This document shows positions 49,583 to 58,719 of a stretch of DNA of 64,000 nucleotides, one piece after another. The DNA is taken from assembly GCA_963771885.1 (NCBI GenBank), contig CAVYVF010000023.1, forward strand, positions 736,001 through 800,000, written 5' to 3'. Made by a program: the position numbers and the translations under genes. The notes under the pieces were generated by a model. The model made no database searches. It saw only the letters and a program-made list of their open reading frames with translations, and had not been told where the DNA came from. Position 1 is the first letter of the stretch, and every line of letters starts with the position of its first letter. Source of the stretch: Candidatus Bathyarchaeota archaeon. GTDB taxonomy: Archaea > Thermoproteota > Bathyarchaeia > TCS64.

Positions 49583-50980
49583 CTAATCTTTTCCGGGGAT
49601 ATATAAGACGTTGAAGTCGCAGAGGTTGGTGCCCGTGTTGCCTGTGTAGACGGTGCAGCCGAGCTTTTGTAGTGCCTCGTGTGTGGCGTGTCCGCGGAGT
49701 GCTTCTTGGAGGTCGATTCCCGCGGCTGCTGCCTGCTTGTAGGTCTCGGAGTCTGTGATGCCGCCTGCGACGTTCGTTGTGCCGTCTGTGCCCTCGGTGT
49801 CGATTGAGAGCATGCAGGCGCCTGGGACCTCCCTGGCGACGATGGCGAAGCCCGTCACGAGCTCCTGTGAGGGGCCGCCGTGGCCCCTGATCTCTCTGTT
49901 GTCGGGGATGCGTGTTGAGGTCTCTCCGGCGGAGAAGATTAGGCAGGGGGGCTGTATGGGGCGGTGGAAGCGCTGCGCCTCCTTGGCGACGGCAGCGTGG
50001 AACATGCCCGCGTCCCTGCTCTCGCCTTCGAGGCTCGTGGTGAGTATCGTGTGGCGGATGCCCATCTCCTCCGCGGCTTCGGCGGCGTACTTGCACGAGT
50101 CGGATAGGATGTTGAGCATGAAGTAGGTGGCGCGCTTGATTGCCTTGGGCGTCTCCTGTGCCTCGGTGCCGTTGAAGATGTAGTTCTCAACGCTTTTCGG
50201 TAGTTTTCCGACTAGGCCGTGCTCCCTGATTATCCTCTTGGCGTCGTCGAAGGTTGAGTAGTCTGGGCCGATTGGTGTGCCGCGCATGGTTACTGGTTCG
50301 CCGTAGTCTTCGATGGGGGGCCAGTCGAGGGCGTCCCAGATGTTAATGCCGATCATCTCGGCGCCCCTCGCCTCGATGCGTTGTCCGAGGCGTCCCCTGT
50401 TCATCTGTGAGATGTGGCCTCGGACCGTGTTGATGTCCATGACGCGGATGTTCGACTTGAGCATCGTGTCGGTCGCTGCCATCTTCTCCTCTAGCGTGAT
50501 GCCGTCGACTGGGTAGGCGAGGAGAGCCGTGCTGCCTCCGCTCATGCAGAAGATGAAGAGGTCCTCGGGGCTGGACGAGTCGACGATATCCAGCATCCTC
50601 CTGCTACCCTTGACGCCTTCGTGGTTTGGCAGGGGGTGGCCGCCGATGAAGACCTCCGTGTTGGCGTAGTGGTCAGTCTCCTCGACGATCTTGACGGTGG
50701 CGACGCCGCGGGTCAAGCGGTTGCCGAGAATCTCATCCATAGCCATCGCCATGTGGTTCGCCGCCTTCCCTGCTGAGAAGACGTAGACGTGGCGATTGCG
50801 GGACAGGTTCCATCGTCGGTTGCCGACGTGGAGGATATCACCGTCGAGGCGAATGAAGGTCTTGAGTCGCTCGTAGGCGTCCAGTTGACGTAGCACCCTT
50901 TCGGTTATATCCAGTACTACGCGACGGGAGTCAGCTACACCGTGGGCGAGGAGTTCGTCTCTGTTGCGAATCTTCAACAT
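49583..50980 (-). CDS. glycerate 2-kinase-like protein (DUF4147 + MOFRL)
   Basis: AGKAA, GHPLP, SGG..AL, GESRD, GET, G.GG..QE, GTDG, TGTNL.D. Confidence 0.85.
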   Translation of the reverse strand: MLKIRNRDELLAHGVADSRRVVLDITERVLRQLDAYERLKTFIRLDGDILHVGNRRWNLSRNRHVYVFSAGKAANHMAMAMDEILGNRLTRGVATVKIVEETDHYANTEVFIGGHPLPNHEGVKGSRRMLDIVDSSSPEDLFIFCMSGGSTALLAYPVDGITLEEKMAATDTMLKSNIRVMDINTVRGHISQMNRGRLGQRIEARGAEMIGINIWDALDWPPIEDYGEPVTMRGTPIGPDYSTFDDAKRIIREHGLVGKLPKSVENYIFNGTEAQETPKAIKRATYFMLNILSDSCKYAAEAAEEMGIRHTILTTSLEGESRDAGMFHAAVAKEAQRFHRPIQPPCLIFSAGETSTRIPDNREIRGHGGPSQELVTGFAIVAREVPGACMLSIDTEGTDGTTNVAGGITDSETYKQAAAAGIDLQEALRGHATHEALQKLGCTVYTGNTGTNLCDFNVLYIPGKD

Positions 50981-51092
50981 GCCTTCGCCCCCTTCGCCTC
51001 TCCCTGAGAGTACTCAATTATTAAACATGCGCGAAACCAACGCGGGGGCGGGGAGTCTTCTTTTCAAATAGGGGGGCGCCGCACAATACACG

Positions 51093-51932
51093 TTGTTCAG
51101 CCTGATGCTCGCTCCCATGGAGGGCTACACGGACGCCGCCCTCCGAACACTCTGCTATAGGCACGGCGCCGACCTGACTTTCACTGAGATGGTGCACGTG
51201 GGGAGCCTGCTGCGGGGCAACAAGCAGAGCCTGGGAAGGGTGGCTGCACACGACGCGACGCCTGTTCAGATTCAGTTGCTGGCGGTGAACGATGAGGAGC
51301 TGAAGGCATACGTCGAGGGCTTCACGCCGTTCCCCGGCTTCATGGGTTTCAACCTCAACATGAGCTGCCCGAGCCCCGACGTCATCCGCCAGGGGAAAGG
51401 CGCGGCGCTAGTCAAGAGGGCGGCGAAGGCTGGCAGGCTCGCCTCCATCATCAGGAGCCGCGGCTACCCGGTCTCGGTGAAGATGAGGCTCGGCATCAAC
51501 ACACGCGAGAAGGCGCTGAAGGTCTACCTGAACACCATCAAGAGCGTCGACGCCGACTTCTTCGTAGTCCACGCGAAGGCGGCGTCTCAGGGCTCCTCCG
51601 AGCCCGCCGACGACTCCGTCTACCCCGAATGCGTCGACGCAGCCGGCGGGAAGCCATTGATTGCGAACGGTGACATAGACTCCGCCGATGAGATTGAGCG
51701 GCTCCGCGGGGTGGGCGTCTCCGGCGTCATGCTGGGTAGGGCCGCGCTCAGAGAGCCATCCATCTTCGACGCGGTGAAAAACCAGCTCAATATCAACTCA
51801 CCGCCCAAACCTGTGCCCAGCCCAAGGGAGCTAATGGACGAGTACGATGAGCTATCGAATGCCCTCAGTGCCGATGGGTATCGGGCGGCATTCACCAAAG
51901 TGGTTGGTAGAGCTGGAAACGTCGTCTACTAG
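51093..51932 (+). CDS. tRNA-dihydrouridine synthase family protein
   Basis: LAPMEGYTD, TEMV, NLNMSCP, VSVKMR, IANGDI, GVMLGR; start possibly ATG 51105. Confidence 0.88.
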   Translation: MFSLMLAPMEGYTDAALRTLCYRHGADLTFTEMVHVGSLLRGNKQSLGRVAAHDATPVQIQLLAVNDEELKAYVEGFTPFPGFMGFNLNMSCPSPDVIRQGKGAALVKRAAKAGRLASIIRSRGYPVSVKMRLGINTREKALKVYLNTIKSVDADFFVVHAKAASQGSSEPADDSVYPECVDAAGGKPLIANGDIDSADEIERLRGVGVSGVMLGRAALREPSIFDAVKNQLNINSPPKPVPSPRELMDEYDELSNALSADGYRAAFTKVVGRAGNVVY

Positions 51933-52342
51933 AACCTGCGGGGCCTCGACCTGTAGTGCACGATCTCGGGCGGGGCCTTCTTCTTGACGACTGGCTCCTC
52001 CTCTTGCTCCACGGGGGCATCCTCTAGGCAGTGGTGAATGAGTGTCAGTATGTAGGGGGTGTTGTAGCCGAGCTCGCCCCTCATCTTCTGCTTCACACCG
52101 GCGACGCCGTCGACGTAGTCGTTGTAGAACTTCGCTAGCTTCTCGAACTCGGGGAATGTGATGGTCCTTATCCCCTTGATGCTCTTTCCCTCGATGAACA
52201 CCCTGTCTGAGACGCCGCGGGCGTAGAAGCTGCCCTCCCTTGGGGGTATAGCCCACGTCTCGAGCTCGATGGTCTTGCCCTTAAGCTCCGCCTGCAGCTT
52301 GTCCCAGCACTCTCTTATCTTCGTCTCTTGTAGGTGAATCAA
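51929..52342 (-). CDS. hypothetical protein
   Basis: 137-aa ORF with host-like codon usage, convergent 4-bp overlap with the Dus gene. Confidence 0.65.
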   Translation of the reverse strand: MIHLQETKIRECWDKLQAELKGKTIELETWAIPPREGSFYARGVSDRVFIEGKSIKGIRTITFPEFEKLAKFYNDYVDGVAGVKQKMRGELGYNTPYILTLIHHCLEDAPVEQEEEPVVKKKAPPEIVHYRSRPRRF

Positions 52343-52414
52343 ACGCTTAGTTAAGGGGAGTGGGGGTTAAAAACGTGTGCTTCCGCGCCGAATCAGCGGG
52401 GAGGCGCTGTCTGC

Positions 52415-52684
52415 CTAGTGCTTCTTCACGTAGGGCTCTATCTGGTTGTACTCCCCGCATTTGGGGCACTTGTAGACGGCCTGCGTGATCTGTCGGGGTT
52501 GGAGTGATCTCAGTATTACGTGGCCGCACTGCCCGCAGTTGTAGTCGAGGACGCCTTCGCCGACAACGAATGGCTCGAGCGCCGTATTGCCGGGCGAGCT
52601 CCCCTTGCTGAAGACGGTGACGTCGCTGGGTCTTGAGGGTAGAAGCCTCATCTTGAACGTGTTTTGAGTGTTCATAATCATCAT
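52415..52684 (-). CDS. small Zn-ribbon protein
   Basis: CGQCG...CPKCG. Confidence 0.65.
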   Translation of the reverse strand: MMIMNTQNTFKMRLLPSRPSDVTVFSKGSSPGNTALEPFVVGEGVLDYNCGQCGHVILRSLQPRQITQAVYKCPKCGEYNQIEPYVKKH

Positions 52685-53014
52685 TACTATAACCCGCTGG
52701 GGTTATTTTAACCATGTTAAAAATGGGTGGTTGAGTGAAAATAAATTTAATAATTTAGGCAAAAGTGAGGTGCACCTCCCCCGTGTCATTTGGGCATTAG
52801 CGTATCCTTAATAGAGTCGTCCCGTATCTAATGGAAAGCTAGTATGAGGTATTCTGTATGAGAAAGATTGTTTTGCCAAAGAGCGATAGGAAGAAGAGAA
52901 AGCACCCGAAGGTCTAGACCTTTAGGGTTTGGCGTTCTGCTTACCGTTGGCTTCTTCGGCGTGGGTAACGGTCTGTGGCGCGTCTGGGGTGTAGGCACCC
53001 CCGAAAAATCGATT

Positions 53015-53999
53015 CTATAATTCGTAGACTGTTCCCGGGACCTTGGGGAATGGCTGAGTTTCACCTATGTGGCTCGCTCCCGTTATCCAGCTCACTATGC
53101 GCTCGATGCCGATGCCCGCGCCGGCGGTTGGCTTTATCCTGCCTTCCTTCGCCAGCTTCAGGATGAGGGCGAAGTTCTCCTTCCTTACGTTCTCCTTCTC
53201 CATCTTCGCCAGCATCTTGGGGTACTCGCACTCCCTTCGGGAGCCGGAGAGGACCTCGCCGAAGCCCGGCATCATGAGGTCGTAGTTGTCCCACCTGCCT
53301 GTCTCGAAGTCTTCGAAGTCGTAGAACTCGCGGGGTAGGTTGATGACCCATGCGGGTTCCTTGATTTCGGTGATCAGCTTCGCCTCCCAGCCGGCGCCGT
53401 ACTTCTCTTCGAGCTTCGACTGCGTCGTAGGTGGCGAAGGGCTGCTTTGTGATCTTCAGCGCGTCGAGTCTGCCTAGGAGCTTGAGGTCTTCGGCTCTGT
53501 CTCTCTTCAGGCTCTCGACGAGGTCGGTGACGGCGCCTTCGACGAGCCTCATTATGTCGGAGGAGGAGGCGCCTCTCGCCTCGAAGTCGAGTTGGGTGAA
53601 CTCGTAGACGTGTTTGCCTGTCTTTGCCCTCTCAGCTTTCTCTATCCTGATGTTTGGGCTGAGGATGAAGAGCTTGGGGTAGGCGAGGCTGGAGGCGATG
53701 AGCTTGTGGACGATCATGCTTGACGTTGTGCGCACGGTCTCGCCGTAGATGTCGACCTCGATCCGTTTGTCGATGGATGCGCTCGGGTCGGGCCAGAGGG
53801 GGTCAGTTGACTTGGAGAGCGCCACGGGGAGGAGCCACTGGAACCCGTTGACTGTGAAGTAATTGGTCAGGTTGCTGAGCGTGTAGGTCATGACCCTGCC
53901 TATGCAGGACTTTCTGTCAAGCTCCTCTTCTGAGAGCCTGTCGAGTGGCTTGGGGATGTCATCTGCGATGCGGCCTTCTGTTGCTAGTTCAGTCTTCAA
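53015..53999 (-). CDS. asnA: archaeal asparagine synthetase A (AsnRS-like, no anticodon domain), apparent +1 frameshift at ~53420
   Basis: TDPLWPD, SMIVHK, SPNIRIE, H.YEFTQLDFE; second frame PREFYD, NYDL, GEVLSG..RE, AGAGIGIER, FPKVPG. Confidence 0.9.
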
Positions 54000-54317
54000 C
54001 GGTTCTTCCTCGATTCTGGGTGCGTTTTGACGCGTTTGTACTTGGCAACATGCGTAGACCTTGTTTATAAATTTATTATGAAAATAGTCATGATTATTAC
54101 GAAAAGTCTTTCCATTGATGTTATTAATCCGTAATTATCACCGTTTACCTGGTGATTTTCTGTAACGCTTAGTATCGTATGTATTAACGTTGGATTCGCC
54201 TTTCAGATTAAAGCTGGGTTTCGATGATAGTTGTAAAGAATTCTTTTCAAAAAGGGCTAAAAACATACGCTGGAAGGATCGTGTGAGCGCATCAGTTAGG
54301 AACCGGAGTGTGAGGGT

Positions 54318-55232
54318 GTGGGGTTGAAATCTAGTTACGTTGGGTTAGCATCCGCCTTCACCATCTACTTCGTCTTACTTGGTGTCTTGTTATCGAGTCC
54401 GGCTGAGCATGTTGAGCCGTTCACTCAAACCTATGTCAACGGGCCGACGAATGTGACTGGGTTCATACAGCCTATGTTGTTTCCCGGGAGGCAATTCGTT
54501 TCCGTGGAGGCAGCCCACGGGAAGCCCCTCTTCGCAGAAGACTACTACATGGCGGTAGTTTGTAACCTCACGGAGAACGCGAAGCCCTTCTTCCTCTTCG
54601 ACCCCGAACAAAACGGGACGATCTGGGAGACGATGATGGTCTGGCCCCGGAGTGGGAGTCACCTCGGTGGGTTGACCGGCTGGGACATCTACGGCGTGTA
54701 CACGAGCATGTGCACGGTGACGGTCAAGGGCGACGCCTTCACAGTGAACCGGGGGAACTGGACATACCAATGTATAGTCCCTCGAGTCATCGAGGTGCAT
54801 GACCGCGTCCACCTGCCTCTATTCATAGTGCAGTGGCGAATCTACGACAACGGCTTCCACGAAACGGGGCTTTACGGGAGTGGCACAAATTTCGCCGAGA
54901 ACCAGATATTCGTTGACCGTTCCGACTACGGGAACTCGACTGAGTTCTACCGAGTCACCCTAGTCAAGGGTGAATCTCTTAGGTTCTCGGCCGAACAACC
55001 AAAGCCATTCAACCTGCGCGTATATTCCTCCGTCGGCGGGAGCCCACCCGAATACCTGAGCGTCCTCGGTTCAACACTGTATGAGTTCGAAAACGTTACT
55101 ACTGTAAACCAGGAGTTCACTGCAGCCGAGAGCGGAGCATACAGCTTCGCATTCTATACGGACTACGAGGTAGACGGCCAGTTCACGGTCATCTTCAAGG
55201 CAGGAAGGGTAGAAGAGTCGAGCACGCCCTGA
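54318..55232 (+). CDS. exported/membrane-anchored hypothetical protein
   Basis: N-terminal hydrophobic segment; C-terminal beta-sandwich-like FTAAESGAYSFAF. Confidence 0.65.
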   Translation: MGLKSSYVGLASAFTIYFVLLGVLLSSPAEHVEPFTQTYVNGPTNVTGFIQPMLFPGRQFVSVEAAHGKPLFAEDYYMAVVCNLTENAKPFFLFDPEQNGTIWETMMVWPRSGSHLGGLTGWDIYGVYTSMCTVTVKGDAFTVNRGNWTYQCIVPRVIEVHDRVHLPLFIVQWRIYDNGFHETGLYGSGTNFAENQIFVDRSDYGNSTEFYRVTLVKGESLRFSAEQPKPFNLRVYSSVGGSPPEYLSVLGSTLYEFENVTTVNQEFTAAESGAYSFAFYTDYEVDGQFTVIFKAGRVEESSTP

Positions 55233-55234
55233 CG

Positions 55235-56476
55235 CTAGGGCTTGATTGACTTCGCTATTCTGGCGAGGAGTCCGTTGACGAACTCTTCTCGCTGCTCTCT
55301 CGGCGGGTTGTCGTTTCCCATCCTCGCCACGACGAGGTCGAGGCTTGGGACGACGTAGCAGTCGTTGATGTTGTGCCCCCTTGAGCCGAAGGTGTCCGCG
55401 GGGATGCCTTCCACGTCGTCTTTGATCCAGAAGGTGTAGCCGTAGTTTACAGGGGTGCTGCCGTCGGTGCGTTTGTATCGTGTCGTCGCCTGTTTTATCC
55501 ACTGCTCGGGGATGAGCTGCTTCCTCCCCCACTTGCCCCTGCGGAGCCAGAGGTAGCCGAGCCGTGCGAAGTCGCGGGCGCTGCACCTGAATGTGCTCCC
55601 GACGATTGTGTTGCATCCTATTGGGCTGCTGCCCCTGTCTGCGCCGTAGGCGTTGCAGCCCTCACCTCCGCCGAGGCCCCAACCGGGCACATCCGAGTAG
55701 TTGAGCTCCCGGTCGTCTGTGTAGGGTATATCAGTGTAGAAGTTCTCGCCGAGCTCAGCGGGCATCCCGATCTCCCTTAGGACCCTGTCCCACGCATAGC
55801 GCCCGACCTCGACGCCCGAGATGTTCCTCATCGCGAGGGCGAGCTGCTCGAGGCCGAAGTTGCTGTAGTTGAAGCCGGAGCCGGGATCGAAGAGGAGCCT
55901 GTGCTGGGAGGGAACGCCGTTGAAGCGCCACCAGCCGAAGCAGTACTCGTACATCTGGTAGGGACCGGCGTAGCCCGGGTAGCGGCGCCGCCTGCCGGGG
56001 GCGAGCCAGGGCTCGCGTGAGTCGTGCCCGGACGTCATCGACAGGACATGCTTGACGAGAATACGCATCTTGCGCTCGTCGGTTATGGGCTGCCCCCATA
56101 TCTGAGGTATCAGCGATTCTTTGCGGCTCTCGCCGACGAGGGGCGCGTCGAGGGTGACCCGGTTGCTGTATTCCTTCAGGAAGGCGCCGACGACGGTCCC
56201 GAAGATCGACTTTGTGGACGACTTGATGTCGTTGCAGGTTTTTCTGCTCCACGGCTGGGGGCCGCCCTGCTCGCCCGTGACGTAGTTCTCCGCGATGACG
56301 TGTCCCTTGTGGACGATGACGAGTGCTCCTCCGTAGCTCCGTGTGGCGGCGTGGCCGTTATGGTAGCTGACGGCCTGTTTTAGTTGCTCGGCATCAATAC
56401 TGAGCTTCGCGGGTTCTGTGATGCGCCAGCCCCCCTCTGCTTCGGGTGGGGGAGTGTAGTCGACGTCGGAAGGCAT
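55235..56476 (-). CDS. beta-lactamase-family serine hydrolase
   Basis: SxxK (SSTK), LSMTSG, YSN, ARDFARLG, YGYTFW. Confidence 0.88.
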   Translation of the reverse strand: MPSDVDYTPPPEAEGGWRITEPAKLSIDAEQLKQAVSYHNGHAATRSYGGALVIVHKGHVIAENYVTGEQGGPQPWSRKTCNDIKSSTKSIFGTVVGAFLKEYSNRVTLDAPLVGESRKESLIPQIWGQPITDERKMRILVKHVLSMTSGHDSREPWLAPGRRRRYPGYAGPYQMYEYCFGWWRFNGVPSQHRLLFDPGSGFNYSNFGLEQLALAMRNISGVEVGRYAWDRVLREIGMPAELGENFYTDIPYTDDRELNYSDVPGWGLGGGEGCNAYGADRGSSPIGCNTIVGSTFRCSARDFARLGYLWLRRGKWGRKQLIPEQWIKQATTRYKRTDGSTPVNYGYTFWIKDDVEGIPADTFGSRGHNINDCYVVPSLDLVVARMGNDNPPREQREEFVNGLLARIAKSIKP

Positions 56477-56530
56477 GTCGGTATCTGCGGTCTCTCGTTA
56501 TTTCTCACTTATCATCGCCGTGCGTGCACA

Positions 56531-57130
56531 CTATAGTGGCAGGTACTCGCGGAATAACTCGATGAAGATTCTGACAATCGTCGGCAAAATGATCAGTCCA
56601 GCGAGCTTGCCGATAAAGTCCATGTTGACCGGCCACTCTTGAGCGGTTTGCACATATTTTTCTTTCAGCTGCACCGCTTGAAGCCCTGCCATAATGACTA
56701 GGACCTGGTTTACTTCGCTTCCAACTGCCTTTGCCTTTTCAAGTTGTTGCAGGAGATTATCGGACTCTATTCTTAGTCTCTCCATTCTAACTCCCTTCAA
56801 CTTCACCAGCGCGTCGTGGATGCTGTATAGTGGGAGGACTACGATTGCCGCTCCAATAATTACGAAGAGTAGGTATGGTGAAAATACGACCTCGGTCCAA
56901 AAGACGGAGCTGTCCTTAATGAGTGGCATTGCTACGGCGATGCTGATTGTGATAAAGTAAAAGAGAGCATAGTTTAGTATCAATCTCATAAGTTCATGAA
57001 AGCCTTCACCTGCTCTGTCAAGTAGCTCAGGTCGGAGTTTTTGGCGTGATACAGTGACGATTAGATAAAATATTCCGAGGAACATCCAGACTCCGGTATC
57101 GAAGTTCGAAGAATAATGCCCAGGCTATGT
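56531..57130 (-). pseudogene. 5'-truncated multi-TM membrane protein
   Basis: 184-aa hydrophobic ORF; hydrophobic coding continues upstream in a shifted frame (GNIAWALFF) and then breaks; AT-richer codons. Confidence 0.5.
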
Positions 57131-57327
57131 TCCCGATCACTCGCGCGCGCATCCAAACCGCTGTTAACCATAGCGACGGGCTGTTAACCCCCGATCACTG
57201 CAGCCCATGGTCTGTAAAGAAAAGTAGCGCCCCATTCAGCGCGTAATGCTATCAGAATAGGCTCTAGTCCCTCATCCTCCAGTACACGCCGTACCATGCT
57301 AGGAGGTGTTTTCCAGGAAAATTCGAC

Positions 57328-57444
57328 TTAACACTTTTTACAGATTTAACACTACAACTAACACCCTTAACATGTTCATTTACACCACTTTACACGCTTA
57401 ACAGCGCTTAACAGAGGACTTGATACTACTTAACACCTTGAACA
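57328..57444 (+). repeat. array of 12 TTAACA/TTTACA-like motifs at 9-12 bp spacing
   Basis: Motif starts at 57328, 57337, 57346, 57358, 57367, 57379, 57389, 57398, 57408, 57420, 57430, 57439 (three copies degenerate). Confidence 0.8.
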
Positions 57445-57762
57445 TGTAATTTTCTAGCGCACCTACATACATCTATACTCGCGTATGCGCGCGGTTCCAC
57501 TAGGAAACATAGTTCAACCTGCCGCGATGAAAGGTCCCCCCTACTCGCGAGCGGGCCGACAAGTAACACCGTTTCTAGTAACGTGCGCGCTTCATGATGT
57601 ACCAAGTTAATGATCGCCTCTGATAACGTTCATAACAGTTCTCAAGCATCAATGCTGGAGGCTCAAGAGTCTATTTGGAAGGTGACCCTTCTGCTGGTGA
57701 CTCATTCGGCTTCATGATAGCTACCTGCGTGCGCGTAGTCTTCGCACGACAGGTTTTCCCAT

Positions 57763-58599
57763 TTATAGGGCTAAGAAAATGCTGAGTATTATCGGGATAT
57801 CCGTCCCGGCGTGAAAGAGGACCGATGCGAGCAGGCTGTCCGTCCTCTGCGCCACCCAACCCCACGCTAAGCCAAGGAAGAACGTTAGGACCACGAAGAG
57901 GTAAGGCTCAGGCGTGTAGGCTACGCTCAGGTGAATCGTGCAGAAGACGATCGCCTGCAACAAGTTGGCGGCCCTCGGCCCGAATAGCGCCTCGTACTTC
58001 TTCAGGAAGAGCCCGCGGTACATCGACTCCTCAAGCAGCCCGTTCGAGAGCACGAAGACCAATATCCACGGCGCCCATCCAATCACCCTCGAGTCCACGC
58101 TCTGTGCGCCGAACATGGATGTCGCCAACATCGGCGAGGCGACGGCGAAGAGCGCGAAAAGCGCCAACCCTATGAGGAGCCCCGTTCCTAGTTTGCCCCT
58201 TTTCACATATATTGACCCAAGATCGCCGCCGGAGAGCAGGGTAAACGCAGCTATTGGCGCAATCGTCAGGAGAGCTGCCAGCGCCTTCTCGAGGGCGACC
58301 GTCTCCACCGTCAACGGGTAGGATAAGAAGCCGAAGACAAGCCATTGGAGAAGGAACGCTGCCCCCCCGATGAAGTAGGCGAAGAAGACCCGCCAGTAGA
58401 GGCTGAACCGGCTGCTCCGGCGCATGTACAATGCGAGGATTAGGGAGACCAGCGGCACTGCGAACTTGTAGACCAGGCGGACATCCTCGCCGACCGGGAT
58501 GTTATTCCACTGCAGAGGACCCAACGCGAATACGCCGAATAGTGTGAGGATCAGAAAAGTCCCCAATTTAGCCAACTGGTTTTCTGGGGATGTCGACAT
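57763..58599 (-). CDS. CPBP (CAAX/Abi) family intramembrane metalloprotease
   Basis: EESMYRG, F...H, H.GTD motifs; multiple TM segments. Confidence 0.9.
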   Translation of the reverse strand: MSTSPENQLAKLGTFLILTLFGVFALGPLQWNNIPVGEDVRLVYKFAVPLVSLILALYMRRSSRFSLYWRVFFAYFIGGAAFLLQWLVFGFLSYPLTVETVALEKALAALLTIAPIAAFTLLSGGDLGSIYVKRGKLGTGLLIGLALFALFAVASPMLATSMFGAQSVDSRVIGWAPWILVFVLSNGLLEESMYRGLFLKKYEALFGPRAANLLQAIVFCTIHLSVAYTPEPYLFVVLTFFLGLAWGWVAQRTDSLLASVLFHAGTDIPIILSIFLAL

Positions 58600-58719
58600 T
58601 CTGTCCACCTGTGAACTCATTTTCCTCGAATACAATGTAAACCTACCTGTATGGAAATTTTTTTTAAATAGTTGTAGATGAGGGGTAGTTTTAGTGGATT
58701 TCTCAGGCTTGATGAATAA

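Noticed and set aside
52843..53020. Short basic/hydrophobic coding-like fragments downstream of asnA
   Set aside because: Interrupted by stops in every frame, with no recognisable family
57328..57444. CRISPR array or chromosomal origin (ORB) interpretation of the repeats
   Set aside because: The units are 6 bp with 3-6 bp gaps, far too short for CRISPR; there are no cas genes, no ORB G-string motif and no cdc6/orc1 nearby
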